Assembly (NCBI GenBank): GCA_951406725.2
Contig: OX597817.1
Span: 111,042,001 to 111,106,000 of the forward strand
Direction of reading: 5' to 3'
DNA: 64,000 nt
Origin: Octopus vulgaris
Taxonomy: Eukaryota
Shown here: positions 38,115-51,141 of the stretch, piece after piece
How the letters are laid out: every line of letters begins with the position of its first letter
How positions within the stretch are numbered: position 1 is the first letter of the stretch
Notes under the pieces: model-generated
Databases searched by the model: none
What the model was told of the DNA's origin: nothing
Seen by the model: only the letters and a program-made list of their open reading frames with translations
Position numbers and translations under genes: made by a program

Positions 38115-39079
38115 CAGAAGCAGACAGTCACAGATGTTTGTTGAATGAGCTTTAGTATTGCTATCATATGAGATTATAGCTATATAATTAGCAAAGGTGG
38201 TACTTTCATACAGAGTTAACTGCTCAGAATCAAATACTTTTTGATACTAACTTGTTTCAAACCACCTCAAGTTCTTTGATACAAAATCTCCTGTTTAAAA
38301 GCGTTCATGTTTAAATAAAAACCTTCCACCATAATTTCATGGCAGAATGTTTCACGAACTTATGTTCTAAGTACCTGCTTAATAACAGCAAGTTTATTTT
38401 ACTAAATCTCCCAAATTCCTGAATAATTTCAAAGTTAATTGAAACATCACAAGTGTGCTGAATATGACTAAAGTCTTTTATTTGATAATGACACATTGTT
38501 TATAGAGTTTGTTGTTTGATGAGATAAAAACACTGCTATTTATGCTTAACGAAATGGTGTGTTATGAGAAGGGAAATTTAACATTTCAGATGGCAAACAG
38601 GATTTAAAATGATACAATTTTTTCCTGGTGGCATGCTTGCCAGCAGTCTCAAAAGTCCTTCAAGAAGCATATGAGCATTGTCCTTACTTTTCTGAATAAG
38701 CCATTACAAAATTTTCCTTAAAATGGTATAACAAATATCCCTATCTTTTTTTTTTTATGAACTGACTGTAGACTATTATTAGTCTCTTTACTTATGCTCT
38801 GAGGGTGAAAAATTGATTCCATTTAGGAAATCATTTGTTCCAACAATCCAGGTATTTGAATTGGCAGAAATATTTAATTTAAGGTAGTATAAGATATTCA
38901 GATATAGACGACAGCTTCTAAACTTTGCTTAAGATGTGAATGACTTCTACACTGTGGGTAGAATTCATTGTGGATGAGTGCTACACTGTATCTAGCTCAT
39001 ATTATATGTTTATGTATAAGCTTTATCTAGAAGACTTGGAGAGCTAGTCAAACAACATTTTTCAGATATATATTAAAAG

Positions 39080-39420
39080 ATATTGTTATACTTGGGGATG
39101 GTCTCATATTTTGCCAATTAAACATATACACTATATGTTTGCTCTTTATCTTAGCTTTATTATTATTATTTTTATTTCTTTGTCAAAGCTCTTTTGTCAC
39201 ACATCCTGTAACCTTTTCAGCAGCTCTTTATCCTGCACATCTGGTGAAGTGGACTAAGCAAAATAAAAGGAGACACTTGATATAAAGAGTGTTTAAGAGA
39301 TCTCAGGATGTGTGACAAAAATTCTTTGGCAAAGAAACAAAAATAAAGCTGAAGGAAAGACCAAACATTGTGCATATATTTAATCGACAAAATATGACCA
39401 TCCCCAAATATAACAATATA
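39080..39420. repeat. Imperfect inverted repeat (~120-130-bp arms, ~95-nt spacer)
   Basis: tattgttatacttggggatggtc...ttttgtcacacatcctg (39081-39208) mirrored by caggatgtgtgacaaaa...gaccatccccaaatataacaata (39304-39418). Confidence 0.85.
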
Positions 39421-41251
39421 TGTTTCAACACATGCTTTCGTATCAAGGATCTTGTAAAACAAATACATAAATGCAAATTAAAAGAGCTAAATGAAAGCAA
39501 AAACAAAAAATGTCATATTCTCATTTTATTGAATCTCCTGTTGTTTTTATTGTTTATTTCCTGGTCAGCTTCAATCCAGCTGACCTATGATCAAAAGTTT
39601 TCTACCTATAACCATCTTGTCTTTTTGTTTGTTTATTGTTTTTCTGTTTTTAAGACAGATGGGGAATGATTTAAGAGAGATTTGGCTCCTATTTGAGCAT
39701 ATGAAGGCTTCCTTATTGACTCTGTATATATATATGGTGTTTCCATAAAGTTACTTTCAATATATAGTTTTGTGTATAATGCTAATGTTCAGCACTGATT
39801 GTCTGTGTTTAAACATACACAAAATGTTCAAATGAATTAAGGTATCAAGCTATCTACTGCTAGCATTCCATCTTATTTCTGGCAGAATGCTTTGTCTCAG
39901 TCAGATTAACTGTTGAGAAGTAGGTACTATATAATCTGACTATGTTACCTGTGATAGTCTGGGTAACTATTCAGGGAAGAGATTTATTCCCCCATCTCTT
40001 TCACACCAAGAAACAGGAGCTAAGTACTAACTCATATGAGACACTGACTTTTTGGAGATGTACAGATAGGCATGTGTATGCATGCACACACACATTTACA
40101 TAGCTATAAAATGTTCTAGAAAAGATAACTACTTTGGCAAACATAATAGGGAACGAGAAATTTTAAATAAATATTCCCAAGTTTTCTAATATTTATAGAA
40201 TGTCAAGTAGAACCATTATATTTATTTTTGTTAATGTTTCTTTCTCCAAACTGATAATATAACTTTCCTTTCCTTTCTCAGGAATCTCTCTGTGATATAA
40301 CTTAGAATTAATGGGATACACTTGTGCAAAAAACACAAGATATAGTTTCCATGAATAGACAAAAATATCCATGAATAATCCACTGAAAGAATAAAGATTT
40401 AGCTAAATATTTGTGTTCTGTTTCTGCTCAGGTACTATTTATCTACAGTTTGGAGCATAGTATAGAAATACTAGTGAAAGCTGGAACATAATTTAGAAAA
40501 ATCAGTAAAAGATGAATGTCTGAACACATTTCTAATAGTAAATTCCATGCATCAACAGAGGAATCCTCTCCTTCATTGGTCCTTGGACTGAAAAATAACA
40601 TTCTTCTCTTGCCAAATATTACTGAATTTTTATCCTTCCCAACATTAACCTAAAGACAAAATAGTTTGCATTCACATACTGCTTTCTCTGTCATGGTGTT
40701 AGCTATTCAAAAAAGTTTAAAACTACCTACATTTTATTTGCCTAATTTTTTTCTGTCATTCTTGACTCTCACTTCTATGAGAAACACTATTCTACATGAT
40801 CATCCAACTTTCAACAAACAGCAGTCGTATATCCCTTAAATCGTAAATTACCAGTCTGAAAACTATGAAAACAAATCGGTTAATTGTAAGGACAATGTCT
40901 GACAAGATAGAATGGTCATGGTTTAAATATTTTTGATCAAAAGTCATTCAGACCCCTTTGGAACTGAGCAATAACAGCAACTTTGAAGTTGCTCAACAGA
41001 TAACAAATTTAGTATATCAAGTGATCATAAAAGTTTTTTTCTTTCTTTTAATGAAAAAGAAAGTCAGTTTTACTTTAGTTAAAGTTGATGCAGATTCAGT
41101 TTTGGTTCAGCTTCAAGTAAAATTTGCTACAGTTGTTAGAATTTGTGGTAAGTGCAAAACTGTGAAGGCATAAAAAATTTAAACTTTCACAAAACATTTT
41201 GTTATCCAGTATTTAATCATCATCATCCTTTTCATCATCATCATTGTTTAA

Positions 41252-41471
41252 CCCTTTTGTTACCGTATTTCTGTTGAGGTGCTCTGTGTTTCTTTCAATT
41301 ACTTTAAATATACCAAAGAATTTAGTAAAATAACTTAGTTATCATTCAGTTAGTGTTAGGAACATAAACTGCGTCTAAGGAATGGTGGAAGATTTTAATT
41401 CAAAACTTATAAAAACAAGACATCTGTACTCAGAGCCAGAGCCGGTTTCAGCTGGGTTGGTAACGAAAGGG
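41252..41471 (-). mobile_element. piggyBac-type MITE, second copy, nested in an RTE-tail repeat
   Basis: TTAA at 41248-41251 and 41472-41475; TIRs CCCTTTTGTTAC / GTAACGAAAGGG; reverse complement of 37533-37752. Confidence 0.9.
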
Positions 41472-41627
41472 TTAACATGCATTTTCCATGTTGGCATTGG
41501 TAGGACAGTCTGATAGGAGCTGATGAGTTAGAGGACTGTGCCAAGCGCCAATGTCTGCTTTGGCATGGTTTCATTGAACGTATACCTTTCCTAATGCCAA
41601 ATAGTAATGACCATGATGATAACAATG

Positions 41628-43017
41628 ATTTCAAATTTTGGCACAAGGGCAACAATTTCAGGGCAGGATTAAGTTGATTAAATTGACCCCAGTGTTCAAC
41701 TGGTACTTATTTTATCAACTCCGAAAGGATGAAAAGCAAAACGAACCTTGGAGTAATTTTAACTCTGAATGCAGAGACGGATGAAATGCTGCTAAGCATT
41801 TTACCCGGCATGCTAACAATTCTGCCAGCTCACTGCCTTAATAATAGTAATAACAATAATAGTAATGGTTTCAAATTTTGGCACAAGGCCAGCAGTTTCA
41901 GGGTAGGGAGTAAGTTGGTTACATCAACACCAGAGTTCAACTGGTACTTATTTTATCAACTCTGAAAGGACAAAAGGCAAAGTTGACCCTAGTGGTATTT
42001 CAAGACAGACAAAATACCACTAAGTGTTTCACCCGGCATGCTAATGATTCTGCCAGTTTGATGCCTTAATAATAATAATAATAGTCCTTCCTACTCAAGG
42101 CACAAGGCCTGAAATTTTTGTGGGGAGGGGGACTAGTCGATTACTTCAACTCCAGTACTTGGCTGGTATTTCATTTATCAACTCTGAAAGGATGAAAGGC
42201 AAAGTCAACCTTGGCGGAATTTGAACCCAGTATGAAATGGCAGACGAAATGCCACTAAACGTTTCACCCAGTGTGCTAACAATACTACCAGACTGCCGCC
42301 TTCATAATAATAATGATGATGATGATGATGATTATAATATTCTGACTTAGGCACATGGGCAACAGTTTTAAGGGAAGTGTGTTCGTCAGTACCATTGTCT
42401 TATTTATCCTTTTATCATACTTTAATTTTGTATTTCTATTTGGCCATGTTTTCTTTAGCTTTCATTTAGACTTTTTGTTACTACATTCTATCTTAAAGTT
42501 TCTTTTTTTTTTAAATGATATATTTCATTTTAGTTTCTTTTGAAATGTTCATTATCCCTCTCCCCATTTCCACCTCTGTGACTCCCCTCCCTCTTTTTCA
42601 TGTATAATTGTTTTGTTTATTATAGGTTGTTTCAATTTTTTTTTTTTTTGTTTTACTTCATCTATGTGAAGTTATACTTATATGTGAGTTGTAGTTTAAA
42701 GATGTCACTAGAGAAAGAGCAAATTATCTCCAGCTGTTCACTCTACTACTTCGAATAATAATAATAATAATGATAATCATTTCTAACATAGGCAAGCACA
42801 AAGCCTCAAATTTAGCTGGGGAGTAAAGTCTATCATATCAGCCCCAGTACTTTACTGATACTTATTTTACTCACCCTGTAAAAAAAACTGCATAGTTGAC
42901 CTGGGTGGAATTTGAATGTAAAGGAATACAACAACAACAACAACAACAACAACAATGATGATAATGATGATGATACTGCTACTAATAATAATAATGATAA
43001 TACTACTACTAATAATG

Positions 43018-43049
<32 letters not shown>

Positions 43050-43261
43050 TTCAAATTTTGGTACAAGGCCAACAGATTTGGGGAAGGGTAAGTCGATTAC
43101 ATCGGCCCCAGTGTTCAACTTGTACTTATTTTATCAGCTCCAAAAGAATGAAAGGTGTAGTTGGCCCTGGCAGTTTGAACTCTTAGATGGAGGAAATATC
43201 TCCAAGCATTTTGCCCAGCATTGTAATGATTCTACCAGTTCACCATTTAATAATAATAATG

Positions 43262-43301
<40 letters not shown>

Positions 43302-43800
43302 GCCCTGAAATTTTGTGGGAAGGGCTAAGTCAATCACTTTGACACCCCCCCCCCACCATTACTCCACTGGTACTTAATTTATCAACCTCAAAAGGATGAA
43401 AGACAAATTTGACCTCAAATGATCATAATAATGATGATGATGATCCTTTCTGTTATAGGAACAAGGCCAGAAATTTTGGTGGGCAAGAGTCTGGTCATTT
43501 ACATCAACTCTAGTACTTATTTTATCGACTTTGAAAGGATAAAAGATAAAGTTGAGCTCAGTGGAATTTGAACTTAGAGCGTAATGAGTCAGAAGAAGTG
43601 CTGATAAGCATTTTGTCTGACACAGTAATGATTCTGCCGGTTCCCTAATGTAATAATAATTCTTTCTCCTACTGTAATTCCAGGCAGGAGGAGGTTAATT
43701 GGTTACATTGAGTGAAGGTTCAACAGTTATTTATTTTATTGATCTGAAAAGAGGAAGGGCAAAGTCAATCTTGGTGGAATTTGAACTCAGAACATAATGA
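41628..43800 (-). mobile_element. Large head-to-tail SINE array (about 8 full or partial copies) with (TAA)n, (CAA)n and (TGA)n linkers
   Basis: Recurrent ttcaaattttggcacaagg...ctggtacttattttatc...gaaaggatgaaaggcaaagt blocks, all in the same orientation; an AT-rich gap at about 42400-42750. Confidence 0.88.
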
Positions 43801-44599
43801 GTCTGTTTTATTCCTATTTTGATGCTTCAATTTGTAGATGTTTACAGCTTTGTTTCGTTATATTAAAGATTTCATATCTTCAATTTTGTTCCATAGTTAA
43901 GGTTGTTTATTGCCTAATACTCAAATACACATATAAAGTTAGGTAGGAACAAACTTAGTAATATTATTGATAGTTATTTCTAACTTATTATTGATAGTTA
44001 TTTCTAAGCCTATAATATGGTTAATGGGAGGAGTACTGTTGATTTAATTTCTCCAAATCCCAACCTAAAACATATTTTATCTGCTGTGGATTGCCAGGCT
44101 ATGCTTGTCACTTTGCAATAAATTTATTGGAAAGCAGCACCTTCTTTTCCATCTTCCCTTTCCTCTACACGTAGAAATTTAAAAAGTACTTGAAGAATTT
44201 TAAAAAGTGTCTATTCTCAGTCCTTTCAGTTACGTTTATCCTTTCTGCCCTAACCAACAGACAGGGGAAAACTGTCTGTCCTTTCTTCCTGAAAGAAGAC
44301 AGCTGGTTCATCTCTCAGGAGGGATTCCACTGAAGAAGATAAAAGAAATGTTATTGTTACTACTAACATTTGAGACTTTATGTGGCCATTCAACCTGCTA
44401 GAAATAAAAGAAAAAATCTTTAAAATCTCTCCCCATTTTAAAAAGAACACCTTGGATAATCTGGTCCTGGATTTCAGAACACTGGGAAGTCATGGGATGG
44501 TCACAGCTGGAATATCTTTGATTATAGGTCTACTCAATCAGGATTGGCCTGGAGCTAAAAATGGAAAAATAATTGTTACAACAATATATTTAATCCCAA

Positions 44600-45741
44600 A
44601 ATAACATTATTACTGCTTTATTTATAAATTTTCTGACAATGGAGACAGCATAGTAAAAAAATGTCATTCCTATACTGAAGTTTAGCTGAAATGTATTTCA
44701 TGTATGTTTATTCTGGAGTAATAGAGGGAAGTCCTTGTTTTGGCATATAGAGTGAATGAGTGGGAGTGTGTGTGTATGAGAGAGAGAGAGAGAGAATGAC
44801 ATTAACTCAGAACTAGAGTAGGGGGGAAAAAACAGAAAGAGAAAGTTACATCCTTTAAAGAGAGAGCTTTTAGGGAATTCATTTTATACTTAGAGTTATG
44901 TATTATTCTATACATTTAAGTACATACATCTGTGTTTGTATATATAGTAATTTATACACATCATGTATGTGTGGGTATATAAGCATATTCATGTGTATGT
45001 GTGTAGGCAACTATATGGGGATTGGCCTGCTAGAAAGAAGATCAATAGGGTCGCCTTGTGGCAGTTTTGTCTAGGAAAGACTAAGTGTGCTGCTACTCAG
45101 TATTTTCCTTGGGCTCTTATTTCAGTTAATAATCTCTTGTGCTGGGGAATCAGGAACTGGGAGGGAGAATAGCTGTCACACATGTACCTCTTTTTCCTTT
45201 ACTGTTACTTTTGTAGTGGAGAAAAAGAAAATGTATATATGCATTTAATATATGTATGTCTGTGTATATGTAGCTATATATGGCTTTAAGTGACTTTTTT
45301 TAACAGCTTCTTTTAGTTAATAGCAGTAAGGTGTAATCAAGTGAGCTATTTTCCTCATATATTTTCATTGTAGATAAAAATATACCTTTGAGGAATAAGT
45401 AATTTTTTTTTTGTCTGTATATATATATGTGTGTGTGTGTGTGTGTCTTTTCTATTATCCTTTTCTGCTTCCTTAGCCTGTGGGTCCTTGGCATGGAACA
45501 AACTACTAGTGTAACTTTACAGCCTATCTCCCAGTGGAATGTTTGTTGTGTGTGTGTGTGTGTGTGTGTATCACAAGTTATGAATACTGATGATAATAAT
45601 ATGGGTATGGCAGCAGATTCGATGGTGGGTAGTGGGGAGTAAAGAACAAGGAAGAGAGGTGGAAGGTATAGAAGACAGAGAATAGAAGAGATAGACTGAA
45701 GTTAGTTTTGATGTGGCACATAGCAGCTGCATATATATATC

Positions 45742-45772
<31 letters not shown>

Positions 45773-47072
45773 ATGTATGTATACACACATGCATACATAT
45801 TTTGATTGTATGTATATATGTATGAAAAATTGTTTTCTAGACTGATATATATATATATTAGTGCGTCTGTTTGTGTGTATGTGTGTGTGTGTGTACACAC
45901 ACACATATATATATATATACAGTGGGCCATTTTTTGTATAGCTATCTTTGTAAAGAATGGCAAACCTCAGCTACTTTTGATTTAGGAATGGAATTATAAC
46001 AAGCCATATGATGCCATGCCATGTTGTGCCGGTTACTTTCAAATCCTTTTCTTTTTTTTTTGTTTGTTTTTCTTTTGTTTTGTTTTACACCATGGTTCAG
46101 GGTGTATGTTAACCAGGGCATGCTAAACAAGTTTATTGAAAAGAGCATTTTTATAGCAGTCCAGTCAGTGTTGCTATAGTAAACAGTTGTAGCAGTTCAG
46201 GTATGAGCTACGTAATTACAGCAGCAGTAATAATAATAGTAGTAGTAAAAGTAGTAGTAATATTGACAACAGCAGCAGCAGCTGTTGTAGTTGAGTGGGG
46301 AAGAAAGAAAAAAGAGTCCTAACTACCTGTTCTTCAAGTTGACATCAAACAGTCCATTCATTTCATAGAGTGACAGTCTGCCTGTATGACATTCCTCTAG
46401 CGATTCTACCAGCTGCATTTATTTGCTATCTTTATTCCTTTCCTTTTTTCCTTCATTGGTGTTGTCATCGTGTCCATTCTTCAATGGAAATGAAGCATAC
46501 TGGAAGTACCGGGGGAATTGTTTTATTACCGTGTTGGAACTAGTTTATTTGAAAATGGAAGTCACCTTTATTTAAAACCAAAACTACACAAGGAGGGAAA
46601 TAACAGCTTCAGTACAAACCACCCAAGCATTTAAACCGGACTGAAGGGTGCAACAGCCATATGTGTATGAAATTTACATAAATGCATCTGCCTATCATTT
46701 TTCTTTATTTACTCTGGATTTAATTGACAGCATTCTTTTACAAAATGATGTATATATTGAAAAGAAATTCATAACTTGATTCATACTTTTTAAAATTATA
46801 TTTATTTATATTCTGGGGGTGAAAAAAATTCACTGAGTGAAAACTTCAAAAAGAAAAAAGATCAAAAAAAGAAAGAACAGAAAATGGATACTAAACTAAG
46901 TTCATTTTTAGTTTCTTTAGTAACTTTCAATTTTCTGATTGATTCTGTATCTTGATAAACAACTTCTGCCTATCCTGGGTCATCACTTGGGAGGAGACGT
47001 AGTCAGATTTGTCGTGTCTGGCTGGATTTTTACCTAGTCTTCAGTGGCCTGTGTAAAGGACATGGTCATGCT
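44600..47072 (+). promoter_or_regulatory. Candidate alternative promoter and long 5'UTR
   Basis: ~2.5 kb with no recognisable SINE, rich in GA, TG and AGC/AGT tracts, leading into an ATG-initiated exon. Confidence 0.35.
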
Positions 47073-47159
47073 ATGTTTGACTTGGACTACCTTCTAGAAC
47101 CAGGAATCTTTTTGCTGGGGATGGGGTTTGCATGTTATCTCTTCATTCAGGCTAGCCAG
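47073..47159 (+). CDS. Candidate first coding exon, hydrophobic signal-anchor N-terminus MFDLDYLLEPGIFLLGMGFACYLFIQASQ
   Basis: ATG at 47073, 29 codons, ending at perfect donor CAG|GTGAGT (GT at 47160, phase 0); ~16-residue uncharged hydrophobic stretch. Confidence 0.65.
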
Positions 47160-47329
47160 GTGAGTAAATGTGTTGGGCACCTATTAAATTTCCTCTTTAT
47201 TTTTGAGTCCTTCTTTTTAAAATTGTTCTATCACTTTACATCTATGAACAGACACAAAGATCATATGCATCCACCCTCTAAAACATTTCCTGTATGTGTT
47301 TGTTTGTATGTGTGGGTGTATGTCTGTCT

Positions 47330-47350
47330 TTGTGTGTGTGTGTGTGTGTG

Positions 47351-47392
<42 letters not shown>

Positions 47393-47406
47393 CTGCGTGT
47401 GTGTGT
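47330..47406. repeat. (TG)n microsatellite
   Basis: Direct inspection; lies just downstream of the 47160 donor. Confidence 0.95.
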
Positions 47407-48242
47407 AACAAATTAAACACTGCAATTTCATTTGAGTATGTAAATGGATCACAAACAAAACTAAATAGATGTGAAACACATTCACTAAATATTACTAGTG
47501 TCCAGTTGTATACCTGCATGTCATTTAATTACATAGTGACAAATGAACACACACTCGTATACACATACAGCAGAGTTTAGCAACATGCTACCACGTCTAT
47601 ATTCGGCACATTGATATTTATGCATGTAAACGACAACACTTGCACACTACGTGTGTGTGTAAATAAATTAATATAAAGGCTGATCCAGTAGCCTGTTACT
47701 CTGATTTGGCCTAAATAAACTACTATATTTTACTATGATATTGAGTACTTTTTCTCCCCTTTGTCAAAGCTTATGTGGGTGTATACAAACACACACACAC
47801 ATACATACATATACTTACTATATGTATGTATGCGTATATATTCCAATTATTTTCACATCTTTAGATAAACCTGAAATGTATGTTGTTGAGATATTTATTT
47901 AATATATATGACACCAACAAACATATCAACAGCTTCTTTGTAGTAATTCCATTCTAATAAGGCAGATGAAATGTATGAGATTCACTTTTTCGAACTTTAT
48001 CAAATTTTTTAGTACTTCTTAGGCATCTATAAAGTTATTATTTGTTTGTGATAACTTTATTCTGTGATTTCACTCATTGCCTTAATAATATATTTAATGT
48101 TGCTTAACACTTGTTGACTTGTAATTTCAGTTGGAATTTTGGATTTTAGATTTGGAAAGTTTTAGTTTAAATTTCAAGGAATGTTTTTTTTTAAATGTCT
48201 GTCTGTCTGTCTCTCTCTCTCACACACACACACAGACAGAAA

Positions 48243-48462
48243 TATTAGCATGCTGGACGAAATGATTAGCGGTATTTTGTCTGCCGTTATGTTCTGAGTT
48301 CAAATTCTGCCGAGGTCGACTTTGCCTTTCATCTTTCGGGGTCGATAAATTAAGTACCAGTTATGCACTGGGGGTTGATGTAATAGACTTAATCCCTTTG
48401 TCTGTCCTTATTTGACCTCTCTATGTTTAGCCCCTTGTGGGCAATAAAGAAAAAAAAAAAAA
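48243..48462 (+). mobile_element. tRNA-derived SINE with poly(A) end
   Basis: Same subfamily as 10386-10611 (tail tttgtctgtcctt...tttagccccttgtggg), ending in an A-run. Confidence 0.88.
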
Positions 48463-48714
48463 GCAGGAACATTTTATCTCTGCCTCTAATGTTTGTGTGT
48501 GCACGCATTTTGAGTGACTTAATAATTATGTTTTGAATTTACCTTAACCCCAGTGCTCCCCAAACTAATTGTGTCATTTAATCCCAGCACTCAGGACTTT
48601 GGTTTTGTGCTGAAACAAAGACACTAATTGTTTCTTGTTTTGCATTTCATCTTTGTACTGTCCCCATCAATATCAGGGCACTTGTGGTCAGTAAAAGAAA
48701 CTTTCATTTTTATC

Positions 48715-49325
48715 GTGTCTTAATGTTTTGAGTTCAAATTCCACTGAGGTTGACTTTGCCTTCCATCCTTTCAAGGTTGATAAAATAAGTACCAGTTGAG
48801 TACTGTGATCAATATAATCAACTTAATAACTCTTTCCCCTGAAACTGCTGGCCTTGTGCTAAAATTTGAAACCGTTATTATTGCTCTGCATGCACTCATA
48901 TTAATTCAGTCACTTACTGAAATCCACGACCATCTCTTCTTTCCAATAATTTATGTCCTTGTGGCAGAAGTTAGATACCATTTTATGTTTGTGTTACCCT
49001 TCAGGCTTTGTACTAATAGTGAAAAGGATTATTATTATTATTCAATCAAGTACTGGGTGGGGGTTTATGGTATTGAATAATCCCCTCCCCTTTATAATTA
49101 CTGTCCTTGTGCTGATATCAGAATCATTAGCACACTGGCCAAAATGCTTAGTGGTATTTTGTCTGTCTTCATGTTCTGAGTTCGAATTCCGCCAGGGTTG
49201 GCTTTGCCTTTCATTCTTTCAGGGTTGATGAAATAAGACCCAGTTATGCACTGGGGCCAATGTAATCGGCTCATCCCCTCCCCTAAAATGGCTGCCTTTG
49301 TGACAAAATTTGAAACCATTATTAT
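48715..49325 (+). mobile_element. SINE copies with (ATT)n tails
   Basis: gagttcaaattcc...gactttgcc...ataagtaccag...ccttgtg..aaaatttgaaacc-attatt. Confidence 0.85.
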
Positions 49326-49334
49326 TATCACCAC

Positions 49335-51105
49335 TATTTTATGTTTAACTTTTGCTTTGCATTTGCACAAGTTGGCTCCAAGTCTCACCCAGAGACCTCA
49401 AGAGACAGCAAGTTCATGTTGGTGTTATGCCTAGGGTGCCATATATTTAATGTTGTATGCAGTGTTTTTCTAGAGAATGTTTAAGAAACCATAAGAAAAT
49501 TGTGCTTGTTTTAAAATTTGAGATTACATAGTATTTTGCGTAGGATGTGGGCAGTTCCCATGAGCACTATCTTTTGAATTTCTACCATTTTGAGGGTTTC
49601 CTGGTATCTGAGCTAGGTAGCAACCAGCCCCTTCTGCTATCAGTCCTAGGGCATCTATGACAACAGGTATTGTTTTAGTCTTCAAGTTCCACATTTTGCT
49701 AATTTCTATTTCAAGATCTTTATATTTGCTCAGTTTTTGGTAGGTCTTGACAGATACGTTTATATTGATTGGGACAGTCATATCAATGAGGAGGCAAGAT
49801 TTTTGTCTGAAGTCTTTCAATATGATGTCTGGCCTATTTGCATCTATCTTTCTGCCATTTTGAATCGTGAAGTTCCAGAGGAGTGAGATGTGATCATTTT
49901 CAAGCACTGGAGGTGGTTTGTGTTCCCACCAGTTTTTATCATGGGGCAAGTCCAGGCTTTTGCAAATTACCCAGTGAATATATTCTGCAGCTCTGTCATG
50001 CTTGTTGAGATACTCTGTAGGCACAAGAAAACTACACATGGAGACAACATGATCAATGGTCTCATTTTGTTGTTGACATGCACGACATATTGTGGAGCAG
50101 CCGTTCTTTAATATGTTGGCCTGGTAGTTCCTTGTAGGTAGGCATTGATCTTGGGCTGCTATGATAAACCCTTCTGTTTCTGATTTTAAGCTAGAAGCCA
50201 TTAGCCATTGATGGGTAAGGGCTTTGTCAACATCGGCATTATTTGCTCTCTTTGGGCATTTGCCATTAAGAGGTTTTTCTTGCCATTTATCAGTCAGAAT
50301 ATCTAAGGCAGCTGTTTTAGCACGGGTTTTCATGCGCTTATCTTTTTCTGCACTTGTTTCTTGTATGTCTAATTCTGGAATTTGTTGTATTTGGAATTCA
50401 CTTAGATATTCCTTTGCCTGTTTTGTTACTGAGTATGATGCTTTCTTGTTTTCATGTTTTGAGACAAGTTTTAACATCCAGTCCTCTGAGTTTTTCAGGT
50501 AGGTGACTAGGCCAACTGTGGCAATCTTCATTGTTATTGCCAGTTGTAAAAGTCCATGGCCTCCCTCTTTTCTTGGCCGATAAAGTCAGTTTCTATCTGC
50601 CTTAAGGTGGTGCATTCTATGCATTGTCAACAGTTTGCGTATTTTTCTATCAAGATTACATATTTCAGTAATTGACCAGTTAATGATATTGAAACTGTAA
50701 GTCATGACATGTATGGCTAAAGCATTGATTGCTTTGATCCTGTTTCTTGCATTCAACTCTGTCTTCAGTATTTCTCTCACCCTTCTATAACATTCTCTTC
50801 TGATCCTTTCCCTCATCACTGCATATTTGATTCCGTCCCCTTCAATTACCCCTAGGTATTTGTAGCTCTCCGCTGGTTCTAACTCTTTTATGAGATTCTG
50901 CTGGTCAAGGTTAACATTAGATGTTTCTCTCAATTTTCCTTTGACAAGGGTAGCTTTTGCACATTTATCGAGGCCAAATTGCATCCTGATGTCATCACTG
51001 AATTGTTTAACAATTGTTAGTAAGCCCTTGAGTTGTTGGTCATTTTTTGGAAATAGCTTTAAATCGTCCATGTAAATGAGATGATTTATATTTTTATCAA
51101 ACATT
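49335..51105 (-). mobile_element. 5'-truncated R4/Dong-like non-LTR retrotransposon (RT + CCHC + restriction-like endonuclease), frameshifted
   Basis: ORF 50586-51104 has HLIYMDDLKL, FGLDKCA and YKYLG. ORF 49524-50531 has the CRACQQQNETIDHVVSMC zinc knuckle, KHD, NRPDI...LIDMTVP...KLSKYKDL. The 5' junction sits in (TAA)n at 51106-51140. Confidence 0.93.
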
Positions 51106-51108
51106 TTA

Positions 51109-51139
<31 letters not shown>

Positions 51140-51141
<2 letters not shown>

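Noticed and set aside
42833-43337. Poly-L/I/N ORFs
   Set aside because: Translations of (TAA)n/(CAA)n linkers and SINE sequence.
45590-45642. Short ORF MNTDDNNMGMAADSMVGSGE
   Set aside because: Ends in a stop, has no convincing donor and lies among microsatellites.
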